54,423 nucleotides of DNA from Candidatus Parvarchaeota archaeon (GCA_023269965.1 JAGDXU010000026.1:1-54423); one strand, 5' to 3'. Shown: positions 17,027 to 27,281, counted from the first letter of the stretch. Made by a program: numbers and translations. The notes: generated by a model not told the origin, from the sequence alone.

Positions 17027-18472
17027 ATGGAAAAACGTGACCGGAGACTTGACCGGGAAGTAATTAGAGAGGTTGAAAATGCTTATAAGACGTTACCGGA
17101 CTTCTTGAAAACTGAGGTTTTGCCATCTTCAGAACTAGTTAGTGCCTATAAGATGTTAGAGTATGCCAGTGCCAATGTCCCGTTATACTCAAAAAAACCG
17201 TATCTGGAAGCAGTGAATAAGGCGAAAAATGGTGACTTAGAAGAGATCTTAAAGTCCACACCAATTATTGATGGTAGCATTTTCCTTAGCCATTATGATG
17301 ATTTGATTCCGTTGAATAAAACACCGATAACTGTGTATTTCTCATCAGGCTCCACCGGCAAACCAAAGCCAATACCTAGGACTTATGATCAAGATATTGA
17401 TTATGCCAGGGGATTCATAAAAAGCGTAATATATCCTGTGATGCCGAATGGCATGGATATAGAAATAAATAAAGGCCCGCCTCTGCCCGCCATAAGTGGT
17501 CGATTAATGAGCGTGATCTCGATGGAATCTAAAGCGATTGAATTTAGCCAGGGCCCGGCTCAAACAATCGCGGATCTTTTGAGGGTCATAGAAAAATTTG
17601 ATAGTAATCACTCAAAAAATATACTTATGCTGGGCTTTCCATCCGCTGTAATAAGGGAGATATATAACTTGAATGAAAGCGACAAGAATTACTTAAAAGA
17701 TGTGGTAAACAAGTTAAATTTGTATGTATTAGTTGGCGGCGAAACTTTGCCATATCAGAGAGCAAAACTACTTTACAACCTGTTACCTAGCAAAACTTTG
17801 ATAGACTTTATAGGTAGTTCGGAGGGGATTGTGGCGTATAGGGTTTACACTAGGGAAGAACTTGAAAATGATTTAGTTATAAATAAACCGTTTAGATTTG
17901 TGTCTTACAACAATCTTTTTATGATAAAGACGGGTCTGAATGGCGCGGAAAAACTGCTGACCCCTAAAGAAGCTGTCGGGCTTGAAGGTGAGCTTGTGAT
18001 AACCACCAAGGCCAGAGAAGGCGCAGAATACGTGCCACTTATAAATTACAACACCAAGGATTTAATAAAAGTAACAGACGTAGCAGAGAATGGGGACATC
18101 ATGGGCTACTATATAGGCAGGGCAGATGGGATAAAAAGGTTCGGTGTGGGTAAGCTGGTAGAGGAGATGATAGTAAACACTATAAGTGATTTGATAAACA
18201 GATATAAAGTTGGAGAGGGATACTCAGTCATAACTAGAGAAAATGGGCTAGACAAAGCCACTTTCTACTTAGACAGGGGACAATTCAGCGGTGACCCAGA
18301 AGAATTAACAAAAACCATCAAAAGCTCACTGTCATCTGCGCAGATGGAGATAGCTTATTCACTGGAAAAAGAACTGGCTACAATTCATGTCGAATTATTA
18401 AATAAAGACAGCATACCTTTCTACAAAGACAGAGGCAAAAGCAAGTGGCTGATAGATAAAAGAGAAGTTTGA
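17027..18472 (+). CDS. Phenylacetate-CoA ligase (PaaK)-like adenylate-forming enzyme
   Basis: YASANVPLY, FSSGSTGKPK, VGGETL, GSSEG, GELVITT, PLINYNTKDL, YIGRAD, GKSK.LIDKR. Confidence 0.88.
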   Translation: MEKRDRRLDREVIREVENAYKTLPDFLKTEVLPSSELVSAYKMLEYASANVPLYSKKPYLEAVNKAKNGDLEEILKSTPIIDGSIFLSHYDDLIPLNKTPITVYFSSGSTGKPKPIPRTYDQDIDYARGFIKSVIYPVMPNGMDIEINKGPPLPAISGRLMSVISMESKAIEFSQGPAQTIADLLRVIEKFDSNHSKNILMLGFPSAVIREIYNLNESDKNYLKDVVNKLNLYVLVGGETLPYQRAKLLYNLLPSKTLIDFIGSSEGIVAYRVYTREELENDLVINKPFRFVSYNNLFMIKTGLNGAEKLLTPKEAVGLEGELVITTKAREGAEYVPLINYNTKDLIKVTDVAENGDIMGYYIGRADGIKRFGVGKLVEEMIVNTISDLINRYKVGEGYSVITRENGLDKATFYLDRGQFSGDPEELTKTIKSSLSSAQMEIAYSLEKELATIHVELLNKDSIPFYKDRGKSKWLIDKREV

Positions 18473-18489
18473 TAGATAATCTGTGAAAA

Positions 18490-19800
18490 TCAGATATCTA
18501 TTGCATCCAATATCTCTACAGCACTAGCTACAGGGGCTGCATTCTTTAGTTCCTGTCTCTTCAGATCAATGTAAGCATCCAATGTGCTTCTTCCGAAAAA
18601 CCTTACTAGATATTCATTATCCGATTCTAAAGCATCAAGTGCTTCAGATAAGCTGCCTGGTATCGATGGAATCCTCGACTTGCTCGTAAGATCTAGCTCA
18701 TAAACATCTCTGTCTTCAGGATTTCCAGGGTCTATCTTTTTTGTTAAGCCATCCAAGCCAGCAGCCAATACACCCACAAAAGCTAGATAAGGGTTAGAAG
18801 ACGGATCAGGTGGCCTGTACTCAATTCTTTTCTTTGAGGAATCTGAAGAGAAAGGCACACGTAGAGCAGCGCTCCTATTAGATCTCCCCCACACAAGGTA
18901 TATGGGTGCTTCAAAACCCGGCACTAACCTTCTATAACTGTTCACAGTTGGAGAAACTACAGCAGATAGGCTTTTGCCATGCTCAAGCAGCCCTCCGATA
19001 AAGTATCTGCCAAACTGGCTCAGATTTGCATAACTGTCATCTTTGTCATAGAACAAATTTTCGCTGCCCCTCCAAAGACTTACATTAGTATGCAAACCAG
19101 ACCCATTGTCATATGGAAAAGGTTTTGGTAAAAATATTGGTATCTTACCTAAATCAGCCAATTTTTCTCTAAGAAAATATTTTGAAAAGATTATGTTATC
19201 CGCAGCGTCCTTAACCGACTTAGGCTTGACATTGAGCTCATATTGGGAGGATGCAACTTCATGGTGCATCACTTCTAAGTCTATGTAGTCACTCAAGCCC
19301 ATTAAAATATATGACAGATCCTTACTCTTGCCTTTGAGAGGAAACATATAACTTGCCTTGTTCTGGTAATTACCATTGTCTAAAAATTCAGTAGAGTTTA
19401 TCTCCACTTTATGCTCAAACTTACCATTTTCTTTTCTAACTGATGCCGACACACTATCCACGACAAAGAACTCCAGTTCCCCGGCTACAAGTGATTTATA
19501 CCCGTTATTTTCGAGCGTTTCTTCCATTGATTTAGATATTCTCCTTGGATCTTGCTCCAATGGTTTGTTGTTCTTGTACACGTATGAGAATAAGATTTTA
19601 GCTCCGCTAAGATCATTCACTGGCATATGACGGTCTGGAACCAACTCCAAATCGCTATCTTCTATGTGCCCAAAGCCATACGAGGAGCTGCCATCAGTCT
19701 TTCCCCTGAATTTAGAATCGTTGCAATCAATGAGGTAAGAGACGGATCTAGTGACACCTCTTAGATCTGTAAACAACAAGTGAGTCCAATTTTTAGTCAT
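18490..19800 (-). CDS. glnA: Glutamine synthetase type I
   Basis: FTDLRG, DGSS, ELEFF, HHEVA..QYE, PKPF..DNGSGLH, NSYRRLVPGFEAP, NRSA..RVP, RIEYR.PDP..NPYL. Confidence 0.93.
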   Translation of the reverse strand: MTKNWTHLLFTDLRGVTRSVSYLIDCNDSKFRGKTDGSSSYGFGHIEDSDLELVPDRHMPVNDLSGAKILFSYVYKNNKPLEQDPRRISKSMEETLENNGYKSLVAGELEFFVVDSVSASVRKENGKFEHKVEINSTEFLDNGNYQNKASYMFPLKGKSKDLSYILMGLSDYIDLEVMHHEVASSQYELNVKPKSVKDAADNIIFSKYFLREKLADLGKIPIFLPKPFPYDNGSGLHTNVSLWRGSENLFYDKDDSYANLSQFGRYFIGGLLEHGKSLSAVVSPTVNSYRRLVPGFEAPIYLVWGRSNRSAALRVPFSSDSSKKRIEYRPPDPSSNPYLAFVGVLAAGLDGLTKKIDPGNPEDRDVYELDLTSKSRIPSIPGSLSEALDALESDNEYLVRFFGRSTLDAYIDLKRQELKNAAPVASAVEILDAIDI

Positions 19801-19911
19801 AACACATATTATGTAATGAAGAGGTTCAATATTTAAACTTTAAAAATGTTTTTTGGTGATAGTTCAGATATTTAAGTATGGAGAAGCAGATTCATTTATT
19901 AGGATACTAAA

Positions 19912-20184
19912 ATGGAAGATAAAGAGTTTGATAGACTTTTGAAAATAAGCAGAATAAAATTAAGCGAAGAGGAGAAACAGAGGATACAAAATGACATTGA
20001 AGGCATACTTAGATACTTTGATAGCGTGGACAAGTTTAATGAAGCAAAGATTAAGCCTGCTTTCCACCCGATAAGAATAGAAGGACATCCCAGAGGGGAT
20101 AAAATTGAAAAATTTGAAGATAAGGACAGTTTGCTGTCAAATACAAAGACATACAGGGGTTTTATCATAGGGCCAAGGATATGA
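19912..20184 (+). CDS. gatC: Asp/Glu-tRNA amidotransferase subunit C
   Basis: LLKISRIKLSEEE, IL.YFD, R.D, GFIIGPRI; directly upstream of gatA. Confidence 0.88.
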   Translation: MEDKEFDRLLKISRIKLSEEEKQRIQNDIEGILRYFDSVDKFNEAKIKPAFHPIRIEGHPRGDKIEKFEDKDSLLSNTKTYRGFIIGPRI

Positions 20185-21533
20185 GCAGCTATATAGAAGA
20201 GTTTGAGTCAAAGGTAAAACCTAAAGATTACTATGACAGACTATACGATGAACTTGTTAGACTGAACCCTAGACTGAATGCATTTAATGCTCTAATAAAA
20301 CCAGATAAAAATGGGATACCTTTAAGTGTAAAGGACAACATCTGTGTGAAAGGTATTGAAGCAACAGCTTCATCCAAAATACTCAAAGGGTACATACCTC
20401 CTTTTAATGCAACCGTAGTTGAAAGAGTTCTGAAAACAAAGAGGTTCTCAATCATAGGCAAGACAAATATGGATGAATTTGGATTTGGAAGCTTTGGGAT
20501 AAACTGTGAAAAACCTGCAAAAAATCCACTAGACGAAGAAAGAGTAGCGGGAGGCTCTAGTAGTGGCGCAGCAATAGCGACCGCGCTCTTAAAGTACCAC
20601 GTCGCCATAGCTGAATCCACTGGCGGTTCTATATCCGCACCAGCGGCTTTTTGCGGTGTGGTTGGATTCACTCCGACGTATTCTGTGATATCTCGGTATG
20701 GACTCATAGACTACGCAAATTCGCTAGATAAGATCGGGTTCATGGCAAGATCAGCGGATGATATAAGGGTGATGCTTGATATAACAAAAGGAAAAGATAA
20801 CCGGGACTCCACATCTACTGATTCAAAGATAGTGGGCTTGCATCACAAAAAACTGGTGATAATAGATGAATTAATAGACAAAGTAGACGAAAAGATAAGG
20901 TCGCAATTCTTTGAATTCGTAGAAAAGCTAAAAAATTTAGGGTACACAGTGAAGAATATAAACCTAAACGAGATAGATCTGTCCATACCTGCGTATTACC
21001 TGATAGCAATGGCAGAAGCCTCAACCAACTTGGCAAAGTTTACTGGATTTAAGTATGGGTTTAAGTTAAACGATTTCTCAAAGAATTACAATGAGTTCTT
21101 CGCAGAGGCAAGAGAAGAATTCGGCACAGAGGCAAAAAGGAGGGTAATACTGGGGACGTTCATAAGAAGCGCCAGTGTGAAAGACAAGTATTACTCTAAG
21201 TCATTGATTATAAGGAAAGAACTTATAGATAAGCTATCAAAAGTTCTAAAAGACGCATTTTTAATCTCCCCAACTATGCCTATAATGCCCCCAAAGATAA
21301 GTGAGGCTAATTCAATGAGCCCAGTGCAGAACTACGCAACTGATATACTTACAATACCTCCCAACCTCTGCGGTCTGCCACACATATCGTTCCCCTACTC
21401 TTATTCTAATGGTTTACCTCTTAGTGCACAGATAGTCGGCAGCCAATTCAATGATTATGGTGTAATCTCATTCGTATCCGAATGGGAGAAGAACTTTGAG
21501 TACAAGTTCAAGTACAATATAGGAGAAATATGA
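20181..21533 (+). CDS. gatA: Asp/Glu-tRNA amidotransferase subunit A
   Basis: Amidase signature VKDNI, GKTNMDEF, GGSSSG, STGGSI; EAKRRVILGTF. Confidence 0.96.
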   Translation: MSSYIEEFESKVKPKDYYDRLYDELVRLNPRLNAFNALIKPDKNGIPLSVKDNICVKGIEATASSKILKGYIPPFNATVVERVLKTKRFSIIGKTNMDEFGFGSFGINCEKPAKNPLDEERVAGGSSSGAAIATALLKYHVAIAESTGGSISAPAAFCGVVGFTPTYSVISRYGLIDYANSLDKIGFMARSADDIRVMLDITKGKDNRDSTSTDSKIVGLHHKKLVIIDELIDKVDEKIRSQFFEFVEKLKNLGYTVKNINLNEIDLSIPAYYLIAMAEASTNLAKFTGFKYGFKLNDFSKNYNEFFAEAREEFGTEAKRRVILGTFIRSASVKDKYYSKSLIIRKELIDKLSKVLKDAFLISPTMPIMPPKISEANSMSPVQNYATDILTIPPNLCGLPHISFPYSYSNGLPLSAQIVGSQFNDYGVISFVSEWEKNFEYKFKYNIGEI

Positions 21534-22828
21534 AGATCGGCCTTGAGATACATGTTGCTTTGCCTACTAAATCTAAATTGTTCTGTGGTTGCAGTACTGA
21601 ACAAGTAGATACGCCGAATATAAACATCTGCCCGATATGTATGGGATTTCCAGGGTCCAAGCCGTCTCTAAATGAAGAAGCTATAATTTTAGCAAAATCA
21701 ATAGCAAATATCCTGAACTGTAAAATAAGAGACAAGATATCTTTTGTAAGGAAAGTTTACTTCTACCCGGATCTACCTAAGTCTTTCCAGATAACACAGC
21801 TGCAGGAATCAATAGGTTATGAAGGGCTCATTATAATAGACAAAGGAAAGCGGATAAATATAAGGCGGATTCAGATAGAGGAGGACCCTGCTAAAATAAT
21901 AAGAAGTGAGGAATATTCTCTATTGGATTTCAACAGGTCCGGGATCCCATTAGTTGAGATAGTAACTGAACCTGACATAACGAGCGAAGAGGAATTGACA
22001 TCTTTCATATTCACGTTAAAGGCCCGCTTATACTACCTTGGCATTGATATAGACAGGGAAATAAAAGCTGACCTTAATATATCACTCGGAAAAGAGAGGG
22101 TAGAAGTAAAAAACGTGACCGGCACAAAGAACCTTCTCGAAGCTGCAAGGTATGAGATAGAGAGACAAACAGAATTAATAAGCAGAGGAATTGAACCAAC
22201 AAAGGAGACAAGGTCTTATGATGAAAAAGAGAGGAAAACTAAGGCTTCGAGAGAGAAAGAGAGTGATGAGGAGTATGGCTATATATATGAGCCAGATCTG
22301 CCAGAATATAATATAAAAAATTACAGTATAAGAGAGACTGTAGACCCAATTGAAAAAGCAAAGGAACTTGCAGAAAAGCATGCGTATAACCCAAAAATAA
22401 TATTGGAAGCGATAGCATTTGATAGATACGCATTGGATTTAATCGAGAGAAACGAGGAGAAATACAATTTCAACAGCTTAATGCAGGCTATAATGGAGAT
22501 AAAAAGATTCAAGATAGATAATATTGACGATTTAAGTTTGAAAATGCTATTGGAGGAGATAGAGGGTGGATTTCAGATAGACAAGGACACAATAAGCAGC
22601 ATAATTAAACACGAGAAAGTGAAACACAGCGATTTTAGCCAGGAAGGGATAGATAATGGGATTAGAGAATTCATAGAAAAAAACCCAGATATACTCAGAA
22701 GATACATTAAAAATAAGAAGCTTGCAGACTACGTAGCTGGGGAGATTATAAAAAGATATAAAGCTAAGCCAAAGGAAGTTTTAAAAAGAACAATAGAGAT
22801 ATTAAATTCGATGACAGGTCAAAAATAA
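21530..22828 (+). CDS. gatB: Asp/Glu-tRNA amidotransferase subunit B
   Basis: IGLEIH, SKLFC, CPIC.GFPG, YFYPDLPK.FQITQ, DFNRSG.PLVEIVTEP. Confidence 0.97.
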   Translation: MKIGLEIHVALPTKSKLFCGCSTEQVDTPNINICPICMGFPGSKPSLNEEAIILAKSIANILNCKIRDKISFVRKVYFYPDLPKSFQITQLQESIGYEGLIIIDKGKRINIRRIQIEEDPAKIIRSEEYSLLDFNRSGIPLVEIVTEPDITSEEELTSFIFTLKARLYYLGIDIDREIKADLNISLGKERVEVKNVTGTKNLLEAARYEIERQTELISRGIEPTKETRSYDEKERKTKASREKESDEEYGYIYEPDLPEYNIKNYSIRETVDPIEKAKELAEKHAYNPKIILEAIAFDRYALDLIERNEEKYNFNSLMQAIMEIKRFKIDNIDDLSLKMLLEEIEGGFQIDKDTISSIIKHEKVKHSDFSQEGIDNGIREFIEKNPDILRRYIKNKKLADYVAGEIIKRYKAKPKEVLKRTIEILNSMTGQK

Positions 22829-22829
22829 T

Positions 22830-24614
22830 ATGGAAATAAATTGTGGAAGTCTATCCAGCGGGAAATATGACGGGCAAAAAGTAAGCGTAAGTGGTTGGTG
22901 TAGATATGTGAGAGTCCATAAGGACAAGGCATTCATAGATTTGGCAGACAGATACGGTATAACTCAGATCATATTTGAAAACAATTTATTAGAGCAGGCC
23001 AGACAATTAGGAAGGGAATTTGTAATAAGAGTAGACGGCAAAGTTAGAAAAAGAAGTAAAAAAGACATAAACCCAGATATGCCAACCGGGAAATTTGAGA
23101 TATTGGCAGAATCATTGAAGGTAATAAACAAATCTAAGATACCTCCATTTGAAATCATAGAAGAAAAAGGTGCATTCTTACCTGATGAAGAGCTAAGATT
23201 CAAATATAGATATCTAGATTTAAGAAGAAGAGAAGCGTTGAACAAAATAGAGTTCAGGGATAAAGTTATAAAATCGATCCGAAAATTCTTCTGGGACAAT
23301 GATTTCTTAGAACTCGAAACACCCCTCCTCATCAAGGACACGTATGATGCTAGTGGCTCTAGGACATTTATAGTACCTTCAAGGATACACAAAGGTGAGT
23401 TCTATGGGCTTCCACAATCCCCACAAATTTACAAACAGCTTTCAATGATATCTGGCTTAGACAAATACTTCCAAATAGCTAGAGTATTCAGAGACGAAGA
23501 CCCAAGAGAAGACAGACAGCCGGAGTTCACTCAACTAGACTTGGAAACCTCTTTCAAGGACGAACATTACATCCAAACTCTCATAGAAAGCATGGTTAAG
23601 AGGGTCTTCTCAGAGGTGCTGCACAAAGATGTGAAAACCCCCTTTAAGCACTTAGATTACAAAGAAGCAATTAAACTATACGGTAACGATAAACCTGATC
23701 TTAGATTCGATAATAAGATAGTTGACATAACTGAGGAGATGCTAAAGACCGATTACAATATAGTCAAAAATATAATTAAAAACGGTGGAAAGGCGATAGC
23801 TATAAACTTTGAAGCTAAATTCGGTACAAAACAGTCAAAGATAGACAAAGATTTCATGTCAGAGATGGTCGAGAAGGCAAAGACATTCGGCCTTGGTGGG
23901 TTAACATGGTTATTCGTGGAGGATAAAAAGCTCAGATCTGATCCAGAAAAGATAGCTCAATCTATGAGCGGACAAAACTCTGAAATAATCAAGAAATTAA
24001 ACAGCAAAGATGGTGATGTAATAATAATATGCACAGATGCGTCTGAAAGCTTGTTATTGGCTGCTGTGTCGAAGCTTAGACGCATAATGGGAATTAGAAT
24101 TGGCAATTTTAAGGAGGAATACTCCTTTCTTTGGGTTGATAAATTCCCTGTTTTTGAAAGAGATGAAGTCACCAACAAGTTGGTACCTGTCCATAATCCT
24201 TTCGTGATGCCAACAGAGGACACAATTAAATACATAGACTCTAAACCTGAAGACATGCTAGGGAAGAGATACGACCTGGTGCTAAACGGGATAGAGGTTG
24301 GAGGGGGATCAATAAGGATACATGATCCAGAGATACAGAGAAAAATCTTAAAAATAATGGGACTTGCTGACAAGGAGATAGAGGAATCATTGGGCTTCTT
24401 AATCGAAGCTTTATCCTATGGGGCACCGATTCACGGCGGGATTGCTCTTGGTTTAGATAGATTCGTGGCAACACTTGCTAAGGAAGATGACATAAGAGAA
24501 TTCATATTATTCCCGAAAAATAGGAAATTTGAATCATTCATAGATGGTTCTCCTACACCTGTGTCAGAAAAAAGACTAAAAGAAGACTACGACTTGAAAA
24601 TAGACAGAACTTAA
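22830..24614 (+). CDS. aspS: Bacterial-type aspartyl-tRNA synthetase (with GAD insertion), probably non-discriminating
   Basis: 594 aa; RFKYRYLDLRR, LPQSPQIYKQ, FRDED.REDRQPEFTQLD, YG.DKPDLRF, YDLVLNG.EVGGGSIRIH, HGGIALGLDR. Confidence 0.96.
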   Translation: MEINCGSLSSGKYDGQKVSVSGWCRYVRVHKDKAFIDLADRYGITQIIFENNLLEQARQLGREFVIRVDGKVRKRSKKDINPDMPTGKFEILAESLKVINKSKIPPFEIIEEKGAFLPDEELRFKYRYLDLRRREALNKIEFRDKVIKSIRKFFWDNDFLELETPLLIKDTYDASGSRTFIVPSRIHKGEFYGLPQSPQIYKQLSMISGLDKYFQIARVFRDEDPREDRQPEFTQLDLETSFKDEHYIQTLIESMVKRVFSEVLHKDVKTPFKHLDYKEAIKLYGNDKPDLRFDNKIVDITEEMLKTDYNIVKNIIKNGGKAIAINFEAKFGTKQSKIDKDFMSEMVEKAKTFGLGGLTWLFVEDKKLRSDPEKIAQSMSGQNSEIIKKLNSKDGDVIIICTDASESLLLAAVSKLRRIMGIRIGNFKEEYSFLWVDKFPVFERDEVTNKLVPVHNPFVMPTEDTIKYIDSKPEDMLGKRYDLVLNGIEVGGGSIRIHDPEIQRKILKIMGLADKEIEESLGFLIEALSYGAPIHGGIALGLDRFVATLAKEDDIREFILFPKNRKFESFIDGSPTPVSEKRLKEDYDLKIDRT

Positions 24615-24642
24615 AGAGAATATTTAGAGCCGGAGACAATAC

Positions 24643-25680
24643 ATGAAAAAAGAGATCAACAGGCTTGAAGAAGCGGTAATCAAGATAAAAAATGATTACA
24701 ATATACCGGGACTAGTCGTAGGGGTATTCAAAAGAGGTAAAATTGTTTTTTCTAAAGCTTACGGAAGTGCAAATAAGGAGCTAAACGTACCAGTCCTTAC
24801 TTCCACACAATTTAAATTAGGCTCAATAAGCAAATCTTTTACTGCCGCTGCTATACTTATGCTCGTGGAGGAGAAAAAATTAAGGCTGAATGACAGCATA
24901 TCAAAATTTTTTATAGGGGCGCCTAGCACATGGAGTGATATTACTGTAACTGATCTTTTAGCACATAAATCTGGCATAAAAGACTACTTGGATGATGAAT
25001 TTTCAAAAAAACATGGAATATTCGATTCAGGGCAGGATTTCTCTGAGGCGGAGATGATAAAGAAGTCATATAGATTGCCTTTAGAATTCAGACCTGGGAA
25101 AAAGTTTTCATACTCTAATACCAATTATATGCTTCTTGGTTTTATAATACACAAGATTACTGGTAAATTTTACTATCAGTTTATCAAAGAAAAAATTTTA
25201 GAGCCGTTGAGTATGAATTCAGTGAGGATATACAAAAATAGTAAAATTGTGTATAATAGATCGAATGGATATGAACTCTCAAATGGAAAAATTGTAAAAG
25301 CTAGATTTGTATCTGATACCTTCAAAAACACTGCTGATGGTGCGCTTTACTCAGATATATTTGACATGGCGAAATGGGACTCTGAGTTGTATGATTGCAA
25401 GGTTTTGAACAGATCTATAGTTAGAAAGATGTTTGATATACACGCTCCAATAAAAGATTCTAAATACGGTTATGGATTTGGTTGGTTCATAAATGACAAA
25501 AAAACTGGAAAAATCGTAGAACATACAGGAAGTGGTGAGGGTTTCACGGCTGTGATCAAGAGGGACTTGGGCAATAAGACCACTGTCAGTATACTTACAA
25601 ACTTATACAGAGGAGACTCTGAATGGATTTTAGCCGAAGCAAAAAATATAGTGGAACTTGCGAAGGATGTCTATTATTGA
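24643..25680 (+). CDS. Serine hydrolase, beta-lactamase/AmpC-like family
   Basis: SxxK (GSISK), LLAHKSG, YxN (YSN) and HTG motifs. Confidence 0.92.
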   Translation: MKKEINRLEEAVIKIKNDYNIPGLVVGVFKRGKIVFSKAYGSANKELNVPVLTSTQFKLGSISKSFTAAAILMLVEEKKLRLNDSISKFFIGAPSTWSDITVTDLLAHKSGIKDYLDDEFSKKHGIFDSGQDFSEAEMIKKSYRLPLEFRPGKKFSYSNTNYMLLGFIIHKITGKFYYQFIKEKILEPLSMNSVRIYKNSKIVYNRSNGYELSNGKIVKARFVSDTFKNTADGALYSDIFDMAKWDSELYDCKVLNRSIVRKMFDIHAPIKDSKYGYGFGWFINDKKTGKIVEHTGSGEGFTAVIKRDLGNKTTVSILTNLYRGDSEWILAEAKNIVELAKDVYY

Positions 25681-25786
25681 ATTAAATATTTATCCCCTAA
25701 AAAGCAAATCCACCAATTTCTGCCACTAGTTGTTTGTGCATATTATAATAAAGCTTAAAATATATTGTATGCATCATTATTATGAT

Positions 25787-26818
25787 ATGGATCTGCACAA
25801 CCGACGGAAAACATTAGCTATTTCACTGTTAATATCATTAATATTGTCAATTGGCATTTCCAATGCTATAGTTATTCCAACGTCTAGTACATCAACTGGA
25901 ACCTTCTTAGGTTCTCTAAATTTTAATAACCTAAGCGGATCCACAATATTCGGTATACCGGCGAATACAGTTTTAGCTGTGATAATAAGCGCATTGATTG
26001 CATTCATAATATACGGGGCTTTAAAAGGAACGCACCTCTCTAATGGTGCTGGTGTCATAGGAATGCTCTTCGGGGCTATACTTTTAGTTATATTATACTT
26101 GAATCCAAAATACCTAGCGCTTTTAAGCAGCATCGCTTTTCTATTGAGTTTCATCGTGCTTGTATTATCTATACTGGTATTCGCTAGGAAGAAACTTAGC
26201 ACGCCTGGAAAAGTAGTTGGGATAATTTTAGCGATTATATTACTTTACACTTTATTCGCCTCAAACCCATCTGTCGCTAACTATATAGATAACGTGCTGG
26301 GATTCAATCTAAGCGGACTCATGTTGCCTATTCTCTCATACATGTTCGTAATTATTGTAGTATATATCATCTATGCTCTCACCTACAAGAGAGCAAAGTC
26401 TTCTCTTTCAAAGCTAGTCTCCGTGATCATCATAATTGTTGTCGCTGTTTCACTTTTAGTTCCTGGTTTCCTACATTTCCTAGCGCTCTCCGGAATGGTA
26501 TTTGGTATAATCTTCCTAGCCCTCTTACTACTACTCCTAATAAGATGGCTACTGTCTCACCGTGAACGCGTAGTTAGAATACCAAAGAAAGCAGTCAGGG
26601 GTGTTCAAAATTATCCATCAAATAAACCTTACCCTTCAGATAAATCTTTTGTAGTACCGGCAAGCTCGCTGAAAGGTGGTAAAAGTTTCTTTAGACTTGG
26701 ACAAAGTGGGCAGAAAGGTGGCGGGTTTGCGACTAAATCAGAGATAGAAGCATACAAGAAAGGCAATCCTCCACCAAACTTATACTTGGAATTGCCTAAG
26801 AAAGGAAAGAAAAAATGA
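25787..26818 (+). CDS. Multi-pass membrane protein of unknown function
   Basis: Many hydrophobic segments and a basic C-terminal tail. ATG 25787 is preferred over TTG 25730. Confidence 0.75.
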   Translation: MDLHNRRKTLAISLLISLILSIGISNAIVIPTSSTSTGTFLGSLNFNNLSGSTIFGIPANTVLAVIISALIAFIIYGALKGTHLSNGAGVIGMLFGAILLVILYLNPKYLALLSSIAFLLSFIVLVLSILVFARKKLSTPGKVVGIILAIILLYTLFASNPSVANYIDNVLGFNLSGLMLPILSYMFVIIVVYIIYALTYKRAKSSLSKLVSVIIIIVVAVSLLVPGFLHFLALSGMVFGIIFLALLLLLLIRWLLSHRERVVRIPKKAVRGVQNYPSNKPYPSDKSFVVPASSLKGGKSFFRLGQSGQKGGGFATKSEIEAYKKGNPPPNLYLELPKKGKKK

Positions 26819-26819
26819 A

Positions 26820-26892
26820 TGGACTCGTCGGGTTTCGAACCCGAAGTCTCTCCCATGCCATGGGAGCGCGTTACCAGTTGCGCCACGAGCCC
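26820..26892 (-). tRNA. tRNA-Ala(GGC)
   Basis: GGGCTCG/CGAGTCC stem with G3:U70; arm CTCCC-AT-GGC-AT-GGGAG; GTTCGAAAC. Confidence 0.96.
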
Positions 26893-26971
26893 TTGGATAT
26901 AACAATACTAAAAAAACACTTAAGTTTATAAATATATAGTGCTGTTATTATCCTTCGGACAAAATTAATTT

Positions 26972-27196
26972 ATGAAAAAGATAACTATAGAATTAGTAAT
27001 TTCAGCTTTCATTGTGTCTTTCATTGAAGTCGGTTTGCTTTACTTCACAGGTCTTCTGAAGTCGTCTAATCCATCGTTTATTCTTTTGGTTACCGCAATA
27101 CTGTCAGTTATAGAGCTTGTACTAGTTTTTATTATAGAGGATTTTATCCTGCTTGCAAAGCATGGAATAAGAAAAAGAATTAACAAAAGAAGATAG
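26972..27196 (+). CDS. Small two-helix membrane protein
   Basis: Two hydrophobic segments, basic C-terminus, ATG start. Confidence 0.65.
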   Translation: MKKITIELVISAFIVSFIEVGLLYFTGLLKSSNPSFILLVTAILSVIELVLVFIIEDFILLAKHGIRKRINKRR

Positions 27197-27244
27197 CAAA
27201 AAAGTCGCAGAAATTATATAAATCAGTGATGACAAGATAAAAAC

Positions 27245-27277
27245 ATGGCTAAAAAGAAAAAGTCAAAGAAAAGGTGA
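27245..27277 (+). CDS. Putative 10-aa basic micropeptide MAKKKKSKKR
   Basis: BRE/TATA (CAGAAA-TTATATAA, 27208-27221) 23 nt before the ATG; followed by an 18-bp palindrome and a T-tract. Translation is unproven. Confidence 0.4.
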   Translation: MAKKKKSKKR

Positions 27278-27281
27278 AGAT

